Assembly: GCA_041191145.1 (NCBI GenBank)
Contig: JBEEPK010000001.1
Span: 836-64,835, forward strand
Source of the DNA: Bacteroidota bacterium
Lineage (GTDB): Bacteria > Bacteroidota > Ignavibacteria > Kapaibacteriales > UBA961
Direction: 5' to 3'
Length of the DNA stretch: 64,000 nucleotides
Shown here: positions 20,779 through 31,048 of the stretch, in pieces
How the letters are laid out: every line of letters starts with the position of its first letter
How positions within the stretch are numbered: position 1 is the first letter of the stretch
The notes under the pieces: generated by a model
Database searches by the model: none
Seen by the model: the letters and a program-made list of their open reading frames with translations, nothing else
What the model was told of the DNA's origin: nothing
Translations under genes and position numbers: made by a program

Positions 20779-23700
20779 ATGATTCTATTCATACGGTCAC
20801 TCGCTCTATGTATGGTGATTTTCTCGGCAATAGGAGTCTCGTTCGCACAGAACAGATTCAATGCTTATACACCTGATGCAGAGAAATTTCCAAAAGTTCG
20901 CTCATTCTATGAAGCAGCAGACATTAACAATGTCCCTATTCCCGGATTGAGTGCCGGAGATTTTAAAGTTGTAGAAAATGGCATTACCATTCCTGCTTCC
21001 GACATTACTCAAAAGTGTTCTACCATCGTTGATGGTCCAGAATTGAGCGTTGTGTTGGTTATTGACAAAAGCGCATCAATGTCTGAGCAAGTTGGATCCA
21101 GACCGGAAGAAACTCGCTTTAGATTTGTGAAGCAGGCTTCAAAATTGTTTGTAAGCTTGCTCAATTTTATTGGAAGGACCAAAGTCGCAGTAGTTTCATT
21201 TGATGGCCAGGCTTATCTCGAGCATGATTGGTCTAATAATAGAAACTCCCTTCTAAAATCGATTGATTCTATGATTCTTGGATCAGCTACATATTATGAT
21301 CCGCCATTATTGCACAAACAATGGGGCGCAATAACACTTATCAAAGATCGATATGTTAAAGAGAATCTTCCTGCTACTGTCAAGAAAGTCATTATTTTCT
21401 TGACTGATGGTGAACCCAACAAGCCCCCTACCAGAGATACAATCAAAAAAGAATTGCTTGATAATGGCATTGCATTTTATGCAATCACTGCATTCATGGG
21501 TATGAATAAAGATTTAGCAACTTGGGCTGATTTAACAGGTGGTGAAAGTTATGAAGCAAACTCTAAAGATGCATATTCTAAGCTACAGGAAATCTATTCT
21601 GAGATTGCAAAGAAATTACAAGCGAAAGAAGTATGCTATTTAGAGTGGAATTCCCCTATGGGTTGTAATGAAGAAAGTAGGACCAGAACGGTATACATAA
21701 CATTACAGAAGAATATAAACATAACTGATACATCTTCTTATCAAGCTCCCGCTTCAAGTGTCATGAAGCTCGAAGTCAATCCACCAATTGTGTCATTTGG
21801 AAATCCCGCCGTTGGTGCTTCCATTGACAAATTAGTCAATGTGGAAGCCAAAAATGGAAAGTTAATTGTCACCGCAGATCCTCCGGCACCTGCTGGAAAT
21901 GCAAGCTTTACTGTAACTAGTTTCAATGGAAATGCATGGAATGGATCTACTCCTCAAGTAATTGATTCAGGAAAAACAGCGATTGTTGGAGTTCGATTTA
22001 CACAAGGAACCACACTGGATTTCAGACAAAGCGGTCTTCGAATTAAGGGGAATCCATGCGATCCACCATTGATACCTCTTGTAGGCGGTACTTCAGACAT
22101 TCAACTTCTCGATCCAATTAATTCAGAGATTCGTTCAACTTGTAATGACTTAACAATTCTTTGGGCAGGAGTTGATTCTACACAAGAAGTTATCATTCAA
22201 TATAGCGCTGATAATGGAGTAACTTGGAATCTTCTCACCGATAAGGCGAAGGGTCTCAAGTATATCTGGTCTTCTGATGAATTGAAGAAACTCAGCACAA
22301 AAGGACAATACAAAATTCGTGTTGGTCTTCCCCCTTCTAAAACATATGTCTGGGCAAAGAATATTGGTGGTACATTGACTGATTCAAGCGTAAGCCTTGC
22401 ATTGTCCCCTGATGGTCAATATTCTTATGTTGCCGGAAATTTTGAAGGCAATGGTTCATTTGATGGCAAACCAATGGTAAGTATATCCGGAAGTAGAGAT
22501 GGATTCTTTGCCAAACTGGATATCGGTGGTAATGTTGAATTCGTGAAGAATGTTGGTGGCCCCGGTGCAGATGCAGTAACTGGTATTGCCGCTGGTGACA
22601 ATAATGCCGCATATGTGACAGGACACTTTATCGGTGAATCCACATTTGGATTTGTGACTAAAAAATCTTCAAGCTTGACAGGCAAAAACTTCTTCATGGC
22701 TCGTGTCGAGCCTGATGGAGGAACTGTCATCGTTCAAACTCTCGGTGCAACTGCAACCAATCCAACTGCAGAAGCATATGGTGAACGCATTGCATGGGAA
22801 CCATTCGAAAAACGCGTATATGTTGAAGGCATGTATAAAGGCGTTCTCACAGCTACCATGCGTGATGGAACCAAAGCTACAATCACGAATCGTACTCAAC
22901 CTATTGTCTGGAAACCATTCACAGCAGTTTTCGATCCTGCAGGAAATTGGCTTGATCTTCAGCCGACAAGAACTCAAGGAAAACCATATACAACTCTCAA
23001 TGCAACCGACAAGGATGGCTGTTTGTATGAGTCAGGTACTTTCACAGGATCAATGACCAAAGATCCAGGTAATAAGACCATTACATCTGCCGGACAAACT
23101 GATGGTTTCATCACAAAATTCTGTGGAACTCCTTCAAGTCAGTCTTCAAGTTTATTGGCATTCCCTCTTGCAAAAGCAAGATTATATAGCATCGACTCAA
23201 ATATTCGTTTCAATGTAGGTGTAACTTCAGTTGGCACTCCTAAGGACATGGTTCTAAGTACCGGTATTTGTAATGATGGTAATCTTGATACATTCATCGA
23301 TAGTGTTAGTGTTTCAGATCCTCAATTCAGTTTGAAATCAGTATTAAATGGTCGTCTGTTCCCTTCTGTCAATTGCGATACTGTACCTATTGAAATATTA
23401 TTCACTCCAACAGCTCCCGGTGAACACTGTGCTACACTCACATTTTATGCTACTTGCTCCCCAGTCGTGAAAATGACCATTTGTGGTGAAGCAGTTGAGC
23501 CTTGTGATTATATACATGTGGAAGACACAATCTTTGCAAATACACTGGTTGGTGGCAATAGAAGTATCACAATAACCAAAGCATTGGAAAATAAGAGTAA
23601 TATCTTGATCAATGGGAAGATGTCAATTGGCGGTGCTAATCCCGGAGATTTTGCAATTGCAAGTTATCGCATGATTGACAGAAATGGCAATCCTTCAGTT

Positions 23701-25494
23701 GGTGATCCTTCAAATACATTCACAATAAAGCCCGGTGGACATTTGGAGATTACAACCGAGTTCAGACCAACAGCAGTTGGAAAAAGACTTGCATTCATCG
23801 ATCTTGGCCTTGATACTGTCTGCGTTGATGCAAAGGTACAACTCACAGGTGAAGGCGAAGCTCAACTCACAGCTTCTGCTACTGATGCAATTTGGAATTG
23901 CGTTCCTGTTGGCGGTAAAGATCAAAAGAATGTTGTAATTACAAATAATGGTAATAGTGAACTTGCAGTAAAGAGTATTAGACTTTTACAAAATAATGGC
24001 ACTTTCTCAATACTGAATATTCCAACTTTACCAGTAAATCTTAAAAAGGATGAGACAATTAATCTCACTGTAGAATTTGCTCCAGTTACAAATACAAATG
24101 GTTTGTGGGATTCCGTACTTGTCACTGCAGTTTCGTCCATTGATGCAAATATCAAGGCACCTGATTTTGGTGCAAGAGTACAAGGTAATGGTTGTATCGG
24201 TGCTCCTGAATATTCAAAGAACTGTTTTGATTCCACTCGCATCGGTAGCAAATCTGTGCCGAAAACAAATGCATTGGTAATCAAGAATATGGGACAAGGT
24301 CCATTGAAAGTACTTTCAATCAAGCCAATCCCACCAATAGAATTTGAAGCATTCAGCCCTGCAGGTCCTTTTGATATTCCTTTGAGTGGCTCACAAGAAA
24401 TTTCTGCTATCTTCATTCCACAGAAAAAGGGTTTGCGTAGTGGTTTCGTTGAAATCGTGACTGATGCTCGCAATGTTCCTGATACTGTTGAGTTATGTGG
24501 AACAGGATTCCTACCTGACACTGTGATCAATCTAGGCAAGTTCAATGCTTGTGAAAATCCGATCATCACAATTCCGTATCCGAATGTGAGCAATTATGAT
24601 ATTGAAACGACAAATACAGCTTCAGGTGCTACCAGTGAATTTAGCATTTCCCCATTGGGTAATTTCAAAATTCCTGCGAATACAAATCATAATTACTCAA
24701 TTGTGTTTACACCAAATGCAGCAGGTAGTTATTCTGTGACTGCAAAGCTTGGTGAACGCAATGTGACCGTAAATGCAGAGGCAATCACATTGCCCGTCAC
24801 TATCACTTCTTCAATCAACCCCGGCGAAGTAACACCTGGTCAAAAAGTTGCTTTCAAAGTAAGTGCTGATATTCAGGGCAATGTCGGTTCAGCTCAAATC
24901 AATGCAATGGACATCTTGGTAAGTTATGATTCCAAAGATCTTGATTTCACCGGTACAGTTCGTACTTTGAATGGCTGGACATGGACTCCAACTTTGAACG
25001 GGAATATTTTGACAGTTTCAGGTACAGGTAATCCAGGTCTCTCGGGCAAAAAAGATTTGTTTGAAGCGGACTTCAATGCATACTTGGGTGATTCAACTTC
25101 ATTCAAAGTATTTGTAGATGCAAAAGCCAAGGACATTTTTGCAAAGTGTTTAGTCATTGGTAATGACACCTCCACATTGAAACTTGCTCCAATTTGTTTT
25201 GCAAATGGTAGATTTATCAGAGGTTCCGGTCTAGGTTATGCATTGTCTATTTCAGGTCAATCCCCTGCTTCTGACATTGCAATGATTGACTATTCAATCG
25301 GTATCTCATCAAATACCATCATTGAATTGTATAATTCAATGGGCCAAAAAGTTCATACATTACTTACCGGATATGTAAAAGAAGGATCATATCAGCTCAG
25401 CATTGATGCTCATCAATTACCTGCCGGCATGTATACATGTATCTTGAAATCCGGTCCTTATGCAAATCAAGTGCAGCTCATTATTGCCAAGTAA
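20779..25494 (+). CDS. Giant (1571-aa) secreted T9SS cargo protein: N-terminal vWA domain, SBBP-like beta-propeller repeats, multiple Ig-like beta-sandwich modules, C-terminal T9SS sorting domain
   Basis: A signal peptide MILFIRSLALCMVIFSAIGVSFA is followed by the vWA MIDAS motif VVLVIDKSASMSEQ and FLTDGEPN. An SBBP-like repeat reads SGSRDGFFAKLDIGGNVEFVKNVGGPGADAVTGIAAGDNNAAYVTGHF. The C-terminal IIELYNSMGQKVHTLLTGYVKEGSYQLSIDAHQLPAGMYTCILKSG matches the T9SS CTD. Confidence 0.85.
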   Translation: MILFIRSLALCMVIFSAIGVSFAQNRFNAYTPDAEKFPKVRSFYEAADINNVPIPGLSAGDFKVVENGITIPASDITQKCSTIVDGPELSVVLVIDKSASMSEQVGSRPEETRFRFVKQASKLFVSLLNFIGRTKVAVVSFDGQAYLEHDWSNNRNSLLKSIDSMILGSATYYDPPLLHKQWGAITLIKDRYVKENLPATVKKVIIFLTDGEPNKPPTRDTIKKELLDNGIAFYAITAFMGMNKDLATWADLTGGESYEANSKDAYSKLQEIYSEIAKKLQAKEVCYLEWNSPMGCNEESRTRTVYITLQKNINITDTSSYQAPASSVMKLEVNPPIVSFGNPAVGASIDKLVNVEAKNGKLIVTADPPAPAGNASFTVTSFNGNAWNGSTPQVIDSGKTAIVGVRFTQGTTLDFRQSGLRIKGNPCDPPLIPLVGGTSDIQLLDPINSEIRSTCNDLTILWAGVDSTQEVIIQYSADNGVTWNLLTDKAKGLKYIWSSDELKKLSTKGQYKIRVGLPPSKTYVWAKNIGGTLTDSSVSLALSPDGQYSYVAGNFEGNGSFDGKPMVSISGSRDGFFAKLDIGGNVEFVKNVGGPGADAVTGIAAGDNNAAYVTGHFIGESTFGFVTKKSSSLTGKNFFMARVEPDGGTVIVQTLGATATNPTAEAYGERIAWEPFEKRVYVEGMYKGVLTATMRDGTKATITNRTQPIVWKPFTAVFDPAGNWLDLQPTRTQGKPYTTLNATDKDGCLYESGTFTGSMTKDPGNKTITSAGQTDGFITKFCGTPSSQSSSLLAFPLAKARLYSIDSNIRFNVGVTSVGTPKDMVLSTGICNDGNLDTFIDSVSVSDPQFSLKSVLNGRLFPSVNCDTVPIEILFTPTAPGEHCATLTFYATCSPVVKMTICGEAVEPCDYIHVEDTIFANTLVGGNRSITITKALENKSNILINGKMSIGGANPGDFAIASYRMIDRNGNPSVGDPSNTFTIKPGGHLEITTEFRPTAVGKRLAFIDLGLDTVCVDAKVQLTGEGEAQLTASATDAIWNCVPVGGKDQKNVVITNNGNSELAVKSIRLLQNNGTFSILNIPTLPVNLKKDETINLTVEFAPVTNTNGLWDSVLVTAVSSIDANIKAPDFGARVQGNGCIGAPEYSKNCFDSTRIGSKSVPKTNALVIKNMGQGPLKVLSIKPIPPIEFEAFSPAGPFDIPLSGSQEISAIFIPQKKGLRSGFVEIVTDARNVPDTVELCGTGFLPDTVINLGKFNACENPIITIPYPNVSNYDIETTNTASGATSEFSISPLGNFKIPANTNHNYSIVFTPNAAGSYSVTAKLGERNVTVNAEAITLPVTITSSINPGEVTPGQKVAFKVSADIQGNVGSAQINAMDILVSYDSKDLDFTGTVRTLNGWTWTPTLNGNILTVSGTGNPGLSGKKDLFEADFNAYLGDSTSFKVFVDAKAKDIFAKCLVIGNDTSTLKLAPICFANGRFIRGSGLGYALSISGQSPASDIAMIDYSIGISSNTIIELYNSMGQKVHTLLTGYVKEGSYQLSIDAHQLPAGMYTCILKSGPYANQVQLIIAK

Positions 25495-25504
25495 ATCGAC
25501 CACG

Positions 25505-25547
25505 AAAAAAAAAGCCCGCTTCATTTTTGAAGCGGGCTTTTTTTTTC
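25505..25547. terminator. Strong bidirectional rho-independent terminator between the convergent T9SS giant gene and the HD gene
   Basis: A perfect 13-bp stem aaagcccgcttca/tgaagcgggcttt with a tttt loop is flanked by a 9-nt A-run upstream and a 10-nt T-run downstream. Confidence 0.8.
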
Positions 25548-25548
25548 A

Positions 25549-27768
25549 TCATTTCTTATCAGGTATTTCTTTATATGTAATCCGGTGATGTCGCATTCCC
25601 AGAAGATTCTTTATAAAGGATTCCTTAATCTCATGTATCTCGGCAATGGTAAGTGGACATTCATCCAATTGCCCATCTAGCATTCTATCATGTATGATTC
25701 CCTGAAGAATTACCTCAATGTCTTCTTTGGTTTCTGCATTATTCAATCGAACAACAGCTTCTGCCGCATCCGCAAGCATGAGAATTCCTGTCTCTTTCGT
25801 ATTTGGTTTAGGTCCTGTATATCGATAATCCTCTTCTTTAACGATAGTCGGTCCTTCCCCATTCTGTGACAACTCAATTGCTTTGGCATAAAAATGTTTG
25901 ACAAGCATTGTGCCATGATGCATTGGAATGAAATCTATAATTCTCTGAGGAAGCTTATACTCTCTTGCAAGTTCGATACCATCATGAACATGTTCCTTGA
26001 TGATAGATGCGCTTTTCTTTGGAGGAAGATGATTATGTTTATTATCAATATTTATTTGATTCTCAACATAATATTCAGCCTTTGGTATTTTCCCAATATC
26101 ATGATATAATGATCCTACTTTTGCAAGCAAAGCATTTGCATGAATGGCATGAGCAGCGCTCTCAGCAAGTCTAGCTATAGTCATGGTATGCTGGAAAGTA
26201 CCCGGAGCTTTTTCATTCATTTCTATTAATAGTGGATGTTCCAAGGAATCATATTCATCGATTTTCAAGTCAGTGGTGACCGGAAATACTCTTTCAATTA
26301 AATACAGAACACCAAATGTGAAAATGGGTGAAAACACTGCATTGATTCCGGCAACAATCAATTGCGGATACATTTCATTCCAACTCAATGATCTTTCAGC
26401 TCCAATCGAAGCAATGCTTACGGACATTCCAATAAATACATAAGTGATTGATGCAAAAAGTTGTGTTCTTGCTTGAATGTCTCTGACACTATAAGCTGCG
26501 ACCATACCACCAATCATCATTGCAAGTCCAACAGAATAATCGCTTCCTCTTACTCCTGCGATCAGCAAGGACATTACGACTGTACTGTAGAATGCAGTTC
26601 TTGAATCATACAGAATCGCGATTAACATTGAAAGGGCAGGTACTATCACTGCATATTCCAATGGATAAGAACTATTTATGAACACCGTTATCCAAGAAAA
26701 TATGGGGGCGATGAGCACTATTCCAAATAAACCATACAATTGCTGATGATGGGCAAAAATGACAGGCCTAATGAAATACAAGTATAATATCATCATGGAA
26801 AAGATGAGGAAGGAATGTCCTATGCTACCTAATAGAATACTCCAAGAATAAGTCGAAGTATCTGAATTACCTCTATTACTAACATAAGATTGCACTTTCA
26901 ATGCGGATAATCGATCAAATCTCTCGCCTTTTCTGATCAGTACTTCACCCGCTCTGACAATACCGAGAGTGCGAGGAATCGATGCCAATCTATTTGACTT
27001 TGTTTCCTGAGTCAATGATTTTGAAACTTCATACTTGGGTCTTAGGATTTCAATCAAAGTTGACACCACTTTTTCAACCTCTTGCATTTGCAACTTGTCG
27101 GCAAACAATTCAGAAAGTTGCCCCCTCATGAGAGTTGTATCCGAAAATGCAGATTTCAACATGGGAATGTCAATCCCTTTATTTTTACGAATGAAAACAG
27201 TGTCGGAAAGAGTTGATATTGCAACAGAAATAAGTGGCTTTCTTTCATAATACGAACTAATCAGTTCAACTCTATATTTCTGTACTATTTGACCAATGAT
27301 TGCCCTTTTTTGCTGAGGAAACTCTAGAATGTTTTTTGTGACAATTTCACTTAGTATTCCTGATTCCTGCAATTTACCATCGCAAATTTGAAGCAAAGCC
27401 GATAGTTTGGCTTCGGCTTCTGTTACTGCGTTCTCAATATTCAAACAAATGACAGGCGTAGATTTCAGTACTTTTTCTTTTTCGAGTTCAATCTCAGACT
27501 CGGGTCTAATAATCGCAAAAGGAAATTCAGCTTTAATTGTTTCATTCATCCAAAGAACACCGATATTCACTTGTCTTACATCTTCACCATTTTCATTAAT
27601 TGCTCTTTGATTCGGGAACATGAATCCTGTAAGAATGATAATGAGAATCATAAATACTAATCGAACACTATGATTAGAGAACATTGATTTCTCAATCACG
27701 GATTCTTGATGCTCGGCGCTTTTTAACTGTTCAAATAGTGTTTTTTGCTTTGCCATAATAGTACTCAA
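25549..27768 (-). CDS. 7TM-receptor-HD phosphohydrolase (HDIG domain; PgpH/YqfF-like)
   Basis: An N-terminal extracytoplasmic domain and a 7-TM region are followed by the HD domain HTMTIARLAESAAHAIHANALLAKVGSLYHDIGKI...MHHGT. Confidence 0.85.
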   Translation of the reverse strand: MSTIMAKQKTLFEQLKSAEHQESVIEKSMFSNHSVRLVFMILIIILTGFMFPNQRAINENGEDVRQVNIGVLWMNETIKAEFPFAIIRPESEIELEKEKVLKSTPVICLNIENAVTEAEAKLSALLQICDGKLQESGILSEIVTKNILEFPQQKRAIIGQIVQKYRVELISSYYERKPLISVAISTLSDTVFIRKNKGIDIPMLKSAFSDTTLMRGQLSELFADKLQMQEVEKVVSTLIEILRPKYEVSKSLTQETKSNRLASIPRTLGIVRAGEVLIRKGERFDRLSALKVQSYVSNRGNSDTSTYSWSILLGSIGHSFLIFSMMILYLYFIRPVIFAHHQQLYGLFGIVLIAPIFSWITVFINSSYPLEYAVIVPALSMLIAILYDSRTAFYSTVVMSLLIAGVRGSDYSVGLAMMIGGMVAAYSVRDIQARTQLFASITYVFIGMSVSIASIGAERSLSWNEMYPQLIVAGINAVFSPIFTFGVLYLIERVFPVTTDLKIDEYDSLEHPLLIEMNEKAPGTFQHTMTIARLAESAAHAIHANALLAKVGSLYHDIGKIPKAEYYVENQINIDNKHNHLPPKKSASIIKEHVHDGIELAREYKLPQRIIDFIPMHHGTMLVKHFYAKAIELSQNGEGPTIVKEEDYRYTGPKPNTKETGILMLADAAEAVVRLNNAETKEDIEVILQGIIHDRMLDGQLDECPLTIAEIHEIKESFIKNLLGMRHHRITYKEIPDKK

Positions 27769-28602
27769 TTAGTCGAAATCCGGACAATATCTCATACCGA
27801 TATGCCAAGAATTTCCTAAATACATGTGATTGAACATATTTACTTGTACAAAAATATCATCTATCAACATACTCAAACCAATTGTCACGGAAGAATGTGG
27901 TACAGATAATCCTATGTGCGAACGAATATTACGAGTAAAATTCCATGAAAAACTTGGTCTGAGACCCGAAGAGTATTCTGTCATTAACATATCCACATCT
28001 ATACCCATACCTTCAATTGGAGTAAATCCAAAGCCAATCGTTAAAAGTGGTTGTGTAAAACTTGCATTAAATTCTGACATTGGTCTTGCTATTGGATATT
28101 GAAACAAGATGCCTACTCCAACTTTTTCATCAATCTTCATTATTGCGCCTACACCCATGTTCAATTCAGTACAATGCAATATGCCATCATCAAAGGACAC
28201 AAATTCAGTTTGTAGACCAAATCCAGGAATCAATGACATATCATGAGGATTCCATGCCGTTGACAAATCACATTGCATCATTGAAAATTGATCAATCTTC
28301 ATGAATTCTGTCTTCATATGCAATCCAATTGATTGTTCCAATCGCATTTCTCCACAAATGGCTAGTCTTGATAGGTCTTTGATTCCGAAAAGTGACGGTA
28401 ATAATGAGATTCCGAAATGAGAGCATGTATCAACCATTGAAAGTGAAGGATGAATGCTTCCACAATGGATTGGCGATGTCATTCCAATGATATTCCCATG
28501 AATTTCAGAAATTCTTGATTGTACTTGTAGTGGATTTACCACAAAATAGTTGCCGATGGCTCCCAAGCATAGTATTTTCGTAATAGTTAACATATACCCC
28601 AA
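27769..28602 (-). CDS. Hypothetical Met/His-rich beta-rich protein (possible small outer-membrane beta-barrel)
   Basis: A 277-aa protein with alternating hydrophobic/polar beta-strand patterning and many Met/His residues. Its stop abuts the HD gene start (27768/27769). No family was recognised. Confidence 0.45.
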   Translation of the reverse strand: MGYMLTITKILCLGAIGNYFVVNPLQVQSRISEIHGNIIGMTSPIHCGSIHPSLSMVDTCSHFGISLLPSLFGIKDLSRLAICGEMRLEQSIGLHMKTEFMKIDQFSMMQCDLSTAWNPHDMSLIPGFGLQTEFVSFDDGILHCTELNMGVGAIMKIDEKVGVGILFQYPIARPMSEFNASFTQPLLTIGFGFTPIEGMGIDVDMLMTEYSSGLRPSFSWNFTRNIRSHIGLSVPHSSVTIGLSMLIDDIFVQVNMFNHMYLGNSWHIGMRYCPDFD

Positions 28603-28616
28603 ATCAAGGTGAATCC

Positions 28617-29516
28617 ATGCGAAGTTTCATATTTTCCACCATATTTTTTGTACTGAATATCTTCCCGATGCTTCATGCTCAGGAAATTGAATTGCAAGTG
28701 AATGTAGATTTGAAAAATATTTCTTTTGATAATCGAATTGATATTCAGAATCTTCGACAAGACATCATCAATTATATCAATACTCAACGATATTCTGAAT
28801 CAGATTGGGATAAACCAAAAGTGCCTGTCGATATTGGTATCACAATCACTTCGCGGGGTCCGAACAACACATATAGCGGGATACTCACAGTGATGTCATA
28901 TACAGTTCTTGAGGATGGCTCAAAATCCATACTCATGAGAGCGATGGACAAACAATGGACATTTGAATATGCCCCGGGCAATATGATGTCATTTCAGGCC
29001 AATCGATTCAATGCATTGTCATCGCCGATTGATTTCTATATGTTAATGTCCATCGGCATGTTTTTGGACACATTCGCAGAACTTGACGGCACACCATTTT
29101 ATGAAAAAGCAAAAGTAATTTGTCGGGCAGGTGCCGGAGCAAATGTAACAGGTTATCCCGCTACTCCTGATCCATCGGTTCCATCCAAACTTGGACTTGC
29201 CACAGAGGCATCTGATTTATTGTATGAAGAATTCAGGAGACTTATCTTCTCCTATCATTTTGACGGCTTGGAAGCTGTGAATAAAGACAAATCGCAAGGA
29301 TTGCCACTATTTGCAACTATCATCGAGCAAATGGCACAATTCAAAAAATCCAAAGTGACCATGCGCAGTCAATTCATGGAAGCATTTTTCAATTCCAAAT
29401 TCCAAGAATTGGCAGATCTATTTAAAGGATACTCAGATACAGGAGTATTCACCAATTTATCTCAATTGGATCCAGCCAATTCCAGTGTTTATCAAGCCGC
29501 TCAGGAGAATCGATGA
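28617..29516 (+). CDS. Hypothetical secreted protein (recollection: DUF4835-like, Bacteroidetes-specific)
   Basis: A signal peptide MRSFIFSTIFFVLNIFPMLHA precedes a 299-aa product. It is translationally coupled to ltaE by a 4-nt overlap. The family name comes from memory only. Confidence 0.5.
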   Translation: MRSFIFSTIFFVLNIFPMLHAQEIELQVNVDLKNISFDNRIDIQNLRQDIINYINTQRYSESDWDKPKVPVDIGITITSRGPNNTYSGILTVMSYTVLEDGSKSILMRAMDKQWTFEYAPGNMMSFQANRFNALSSPIDFYMLMSIGMFLDTFAELDGTPFYEKAKVICRAGAGANVTGYPATPDPSVPSKLGLATEASDLLYEEFRRLIFSYHFDGLEAVNKDKSQGLPLFATIIEQMAQFKKSKVTMRSQFMEAFFNSKFQELADLFKGYSDTGVFTNLSQLDPANSSVYQAAQENR

Positions 29517-30574
29517 GTTCCATCAAATATGATTTGCGCAGTGACACTGTCACTAAACCAACCATCGAAATGCGCAAAGCGATGGCGGAAGCGGAAGTAG
29601 GAGACGATGTTTATTCGGAAGATCCAACGGTTAATAGATTGCAATCAATGATTGCAGAGCTTTTTGGCAAAGAATCCGCATTGTTTGTTCCAACCGGTGT
29701 GATGGGTAATCAAATTGCCATTGCCATTCACACTAAAAGAAGCGACGAAATCATTGTCGAATCAGAATCTCATATCTTTCATTATGAGACAGCAGCTCCT
29801 GCAATCATTGCCGGTGTACAGATGTATTGTATTCCAACTGAAAGAGGAGAGTTAGTAGGTTCATCAATCAATGAAGCCATTCGACCCGGTGATTACTATT
29901 TCCCAAAAACCTCTTTGATCTGCATCGAACAAACGCATAATCGACATGGTGGAACCGTTCTTTCACTTTCATCAATAGAAGAAGTTTCTGGTTTCGCTCA
30001 AAGCAAACAAATACCTCTTCATTGTGATGGTGCGCGCATTTGGAATGCATGTGCTGAAACAGGAACTGCTCCTCATGAATATGCTCATTACTTGGATACA
30101 CTCTCCGTTTGTCTTTCGAAAGGTTTAGGCGCGCCTGCTGGTTCAGTGTTCATAGGAACAAAAGATCAAGTGGAATATGCCAGACATTGGAGAAAATTGC
30201 TGGGCGGTGGAATGAGACAATCCGGAATATTGGCTGCGGCCGGTATTCATGCTTTGCAATTTCATAGAGAGCATTTGAGAGATGATCATGAAAAAGCAAG
30301 AAAATTTGCCGAGCAGATTTTCTCACAAACCTCATGTACATTGGCCAATTCAGGTGGTACAGTTGATACAAATATTCTCATCATAGATTGTGGATTCGAT
30401 ACCGATCCGCAAGCATTGAAAAATGAATGTTCCAAAAGAGGCTTGGAGATTTCATCCGGCAGAGGACAATGTCTTCGCGCTGTATTTCATAGAGATATTA
30501 GCACACAAGAAGTTAAAGAAGCAGCAATGATTTTCATTCAAAGTTTTGATAGCATCATGAAGGAAAATCGATGA
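29513..30574 (+). CDS. ltaE: Low-specificity L-threonine aldolase
   Basis: The N-terminus DLRSDTVTKPTIEMRKAMAEAEVGDDVYSEDPTVNRL matches the threonine aldolase family and it has the PLP fold. There is a 4-nt overlap with the upstream gene. Confidence 0.9.
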   Translation: MSSIKYDLRSDTVTKPTIEMRKAMAEAEVGDDVYSEDPTVNRLQSMIAELFGKESALFVPTGVMGNQIAIAIHTKRSDEIIVESESHIFHYETAAPAIIAGVQMYCIPTERGELVGSSINEAIRPGDYYFPKTSLICIEQTHNRHGGTVLSLSSIEEVSGFAQSKQIPLHCDGARIWNACAETGTAPHEYAHYLDTLSVCLSKGLGAPAGSVFIGTKDQVEYARHWRKLLGGGMRQSGILAAAGIHALQFHREHLRDDHEKARKFAEQIFSQTSCTLANSGGTVDTNILIIDCGFDTDPQALKNECSKRGLEISSGRGQCLRAVFHRDISTQEVKEAAMIFIQSFDSIMKENR

Positions 30575-31044
30575 AATCTCAAGATAGATATATTGAGAAC
30601 ATAGACTTCACTGCATATCATCATACATTATCAGGAAGAGTGAAGACATTTGAGGTGGACAGACAGAATATCGTCCACAATATCATCTATCTCTATTGGC
30701 TCGAAGATGCCAGAGTTGAATATTTTAGAGCTTTGGGATTGGAGATGAATGAGCGTACATTCATTGATTCACATCGTTTTGTGATTGCCAAGACAGAGAT
30801 AAATTATCTAGCTCCTGCACTCTTTGACAAACAATATGAAGTATTGACAAGAATTTCTCACCTCGGTACATCTTCATTCATGTTTGATCAATTGATCATT
30901 TTAATTCCGGAAAGAACAATATTGATAACTGCACAATCCGTATTAGTTCAGTTGAATCCAATTACACATGAGAGCATGCCGATCGACGATGAATATCGAA
31001 CACTCGTTGGGGTTTTTGAACAAAGAGATTTTACACAAGGTTAA
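30571..31044 (+). CDS. Hotdog-fold acyl-CoA thioesterase (4HBT/YbgC-like)
   Basis: A 157-aa protein with VHNIIYLYWLEDARVEYFRALG typical of the 4HBT thioesterase family. There is a 4-nt overlap with ltaE. Confidence 0.75.
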   Translation: MKSQDRYIENIDFTAYHHTLSGRVKTFEVDRQNIVHNIIYLYWLEDARVEYFRALGLEMNERTFIDSHRFVIAKTEINYLAPALFDKQYEVLTRISHLGTSSFMFDQLIILIPERTILITAQSVLVQLNPITHESMPIDDEYRTLVGVFEQRDFTQG

Positions 31045-31048
31045 TTGA

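Noticed and set aside
23922-24593. 223-aa antisense ORF inside the T9SS giant gene, plus many 60-140-aa antisense/internal ORFs elsewhere (e.g. 381-785, 1694-2002, 22425-22730, 44027-44362, 49755-50306, 5230-5643)
   Set aside because: They are shadow ORFs inside longer, homology-supported genes on the opposite strand or in another frame. No independent signals support them.
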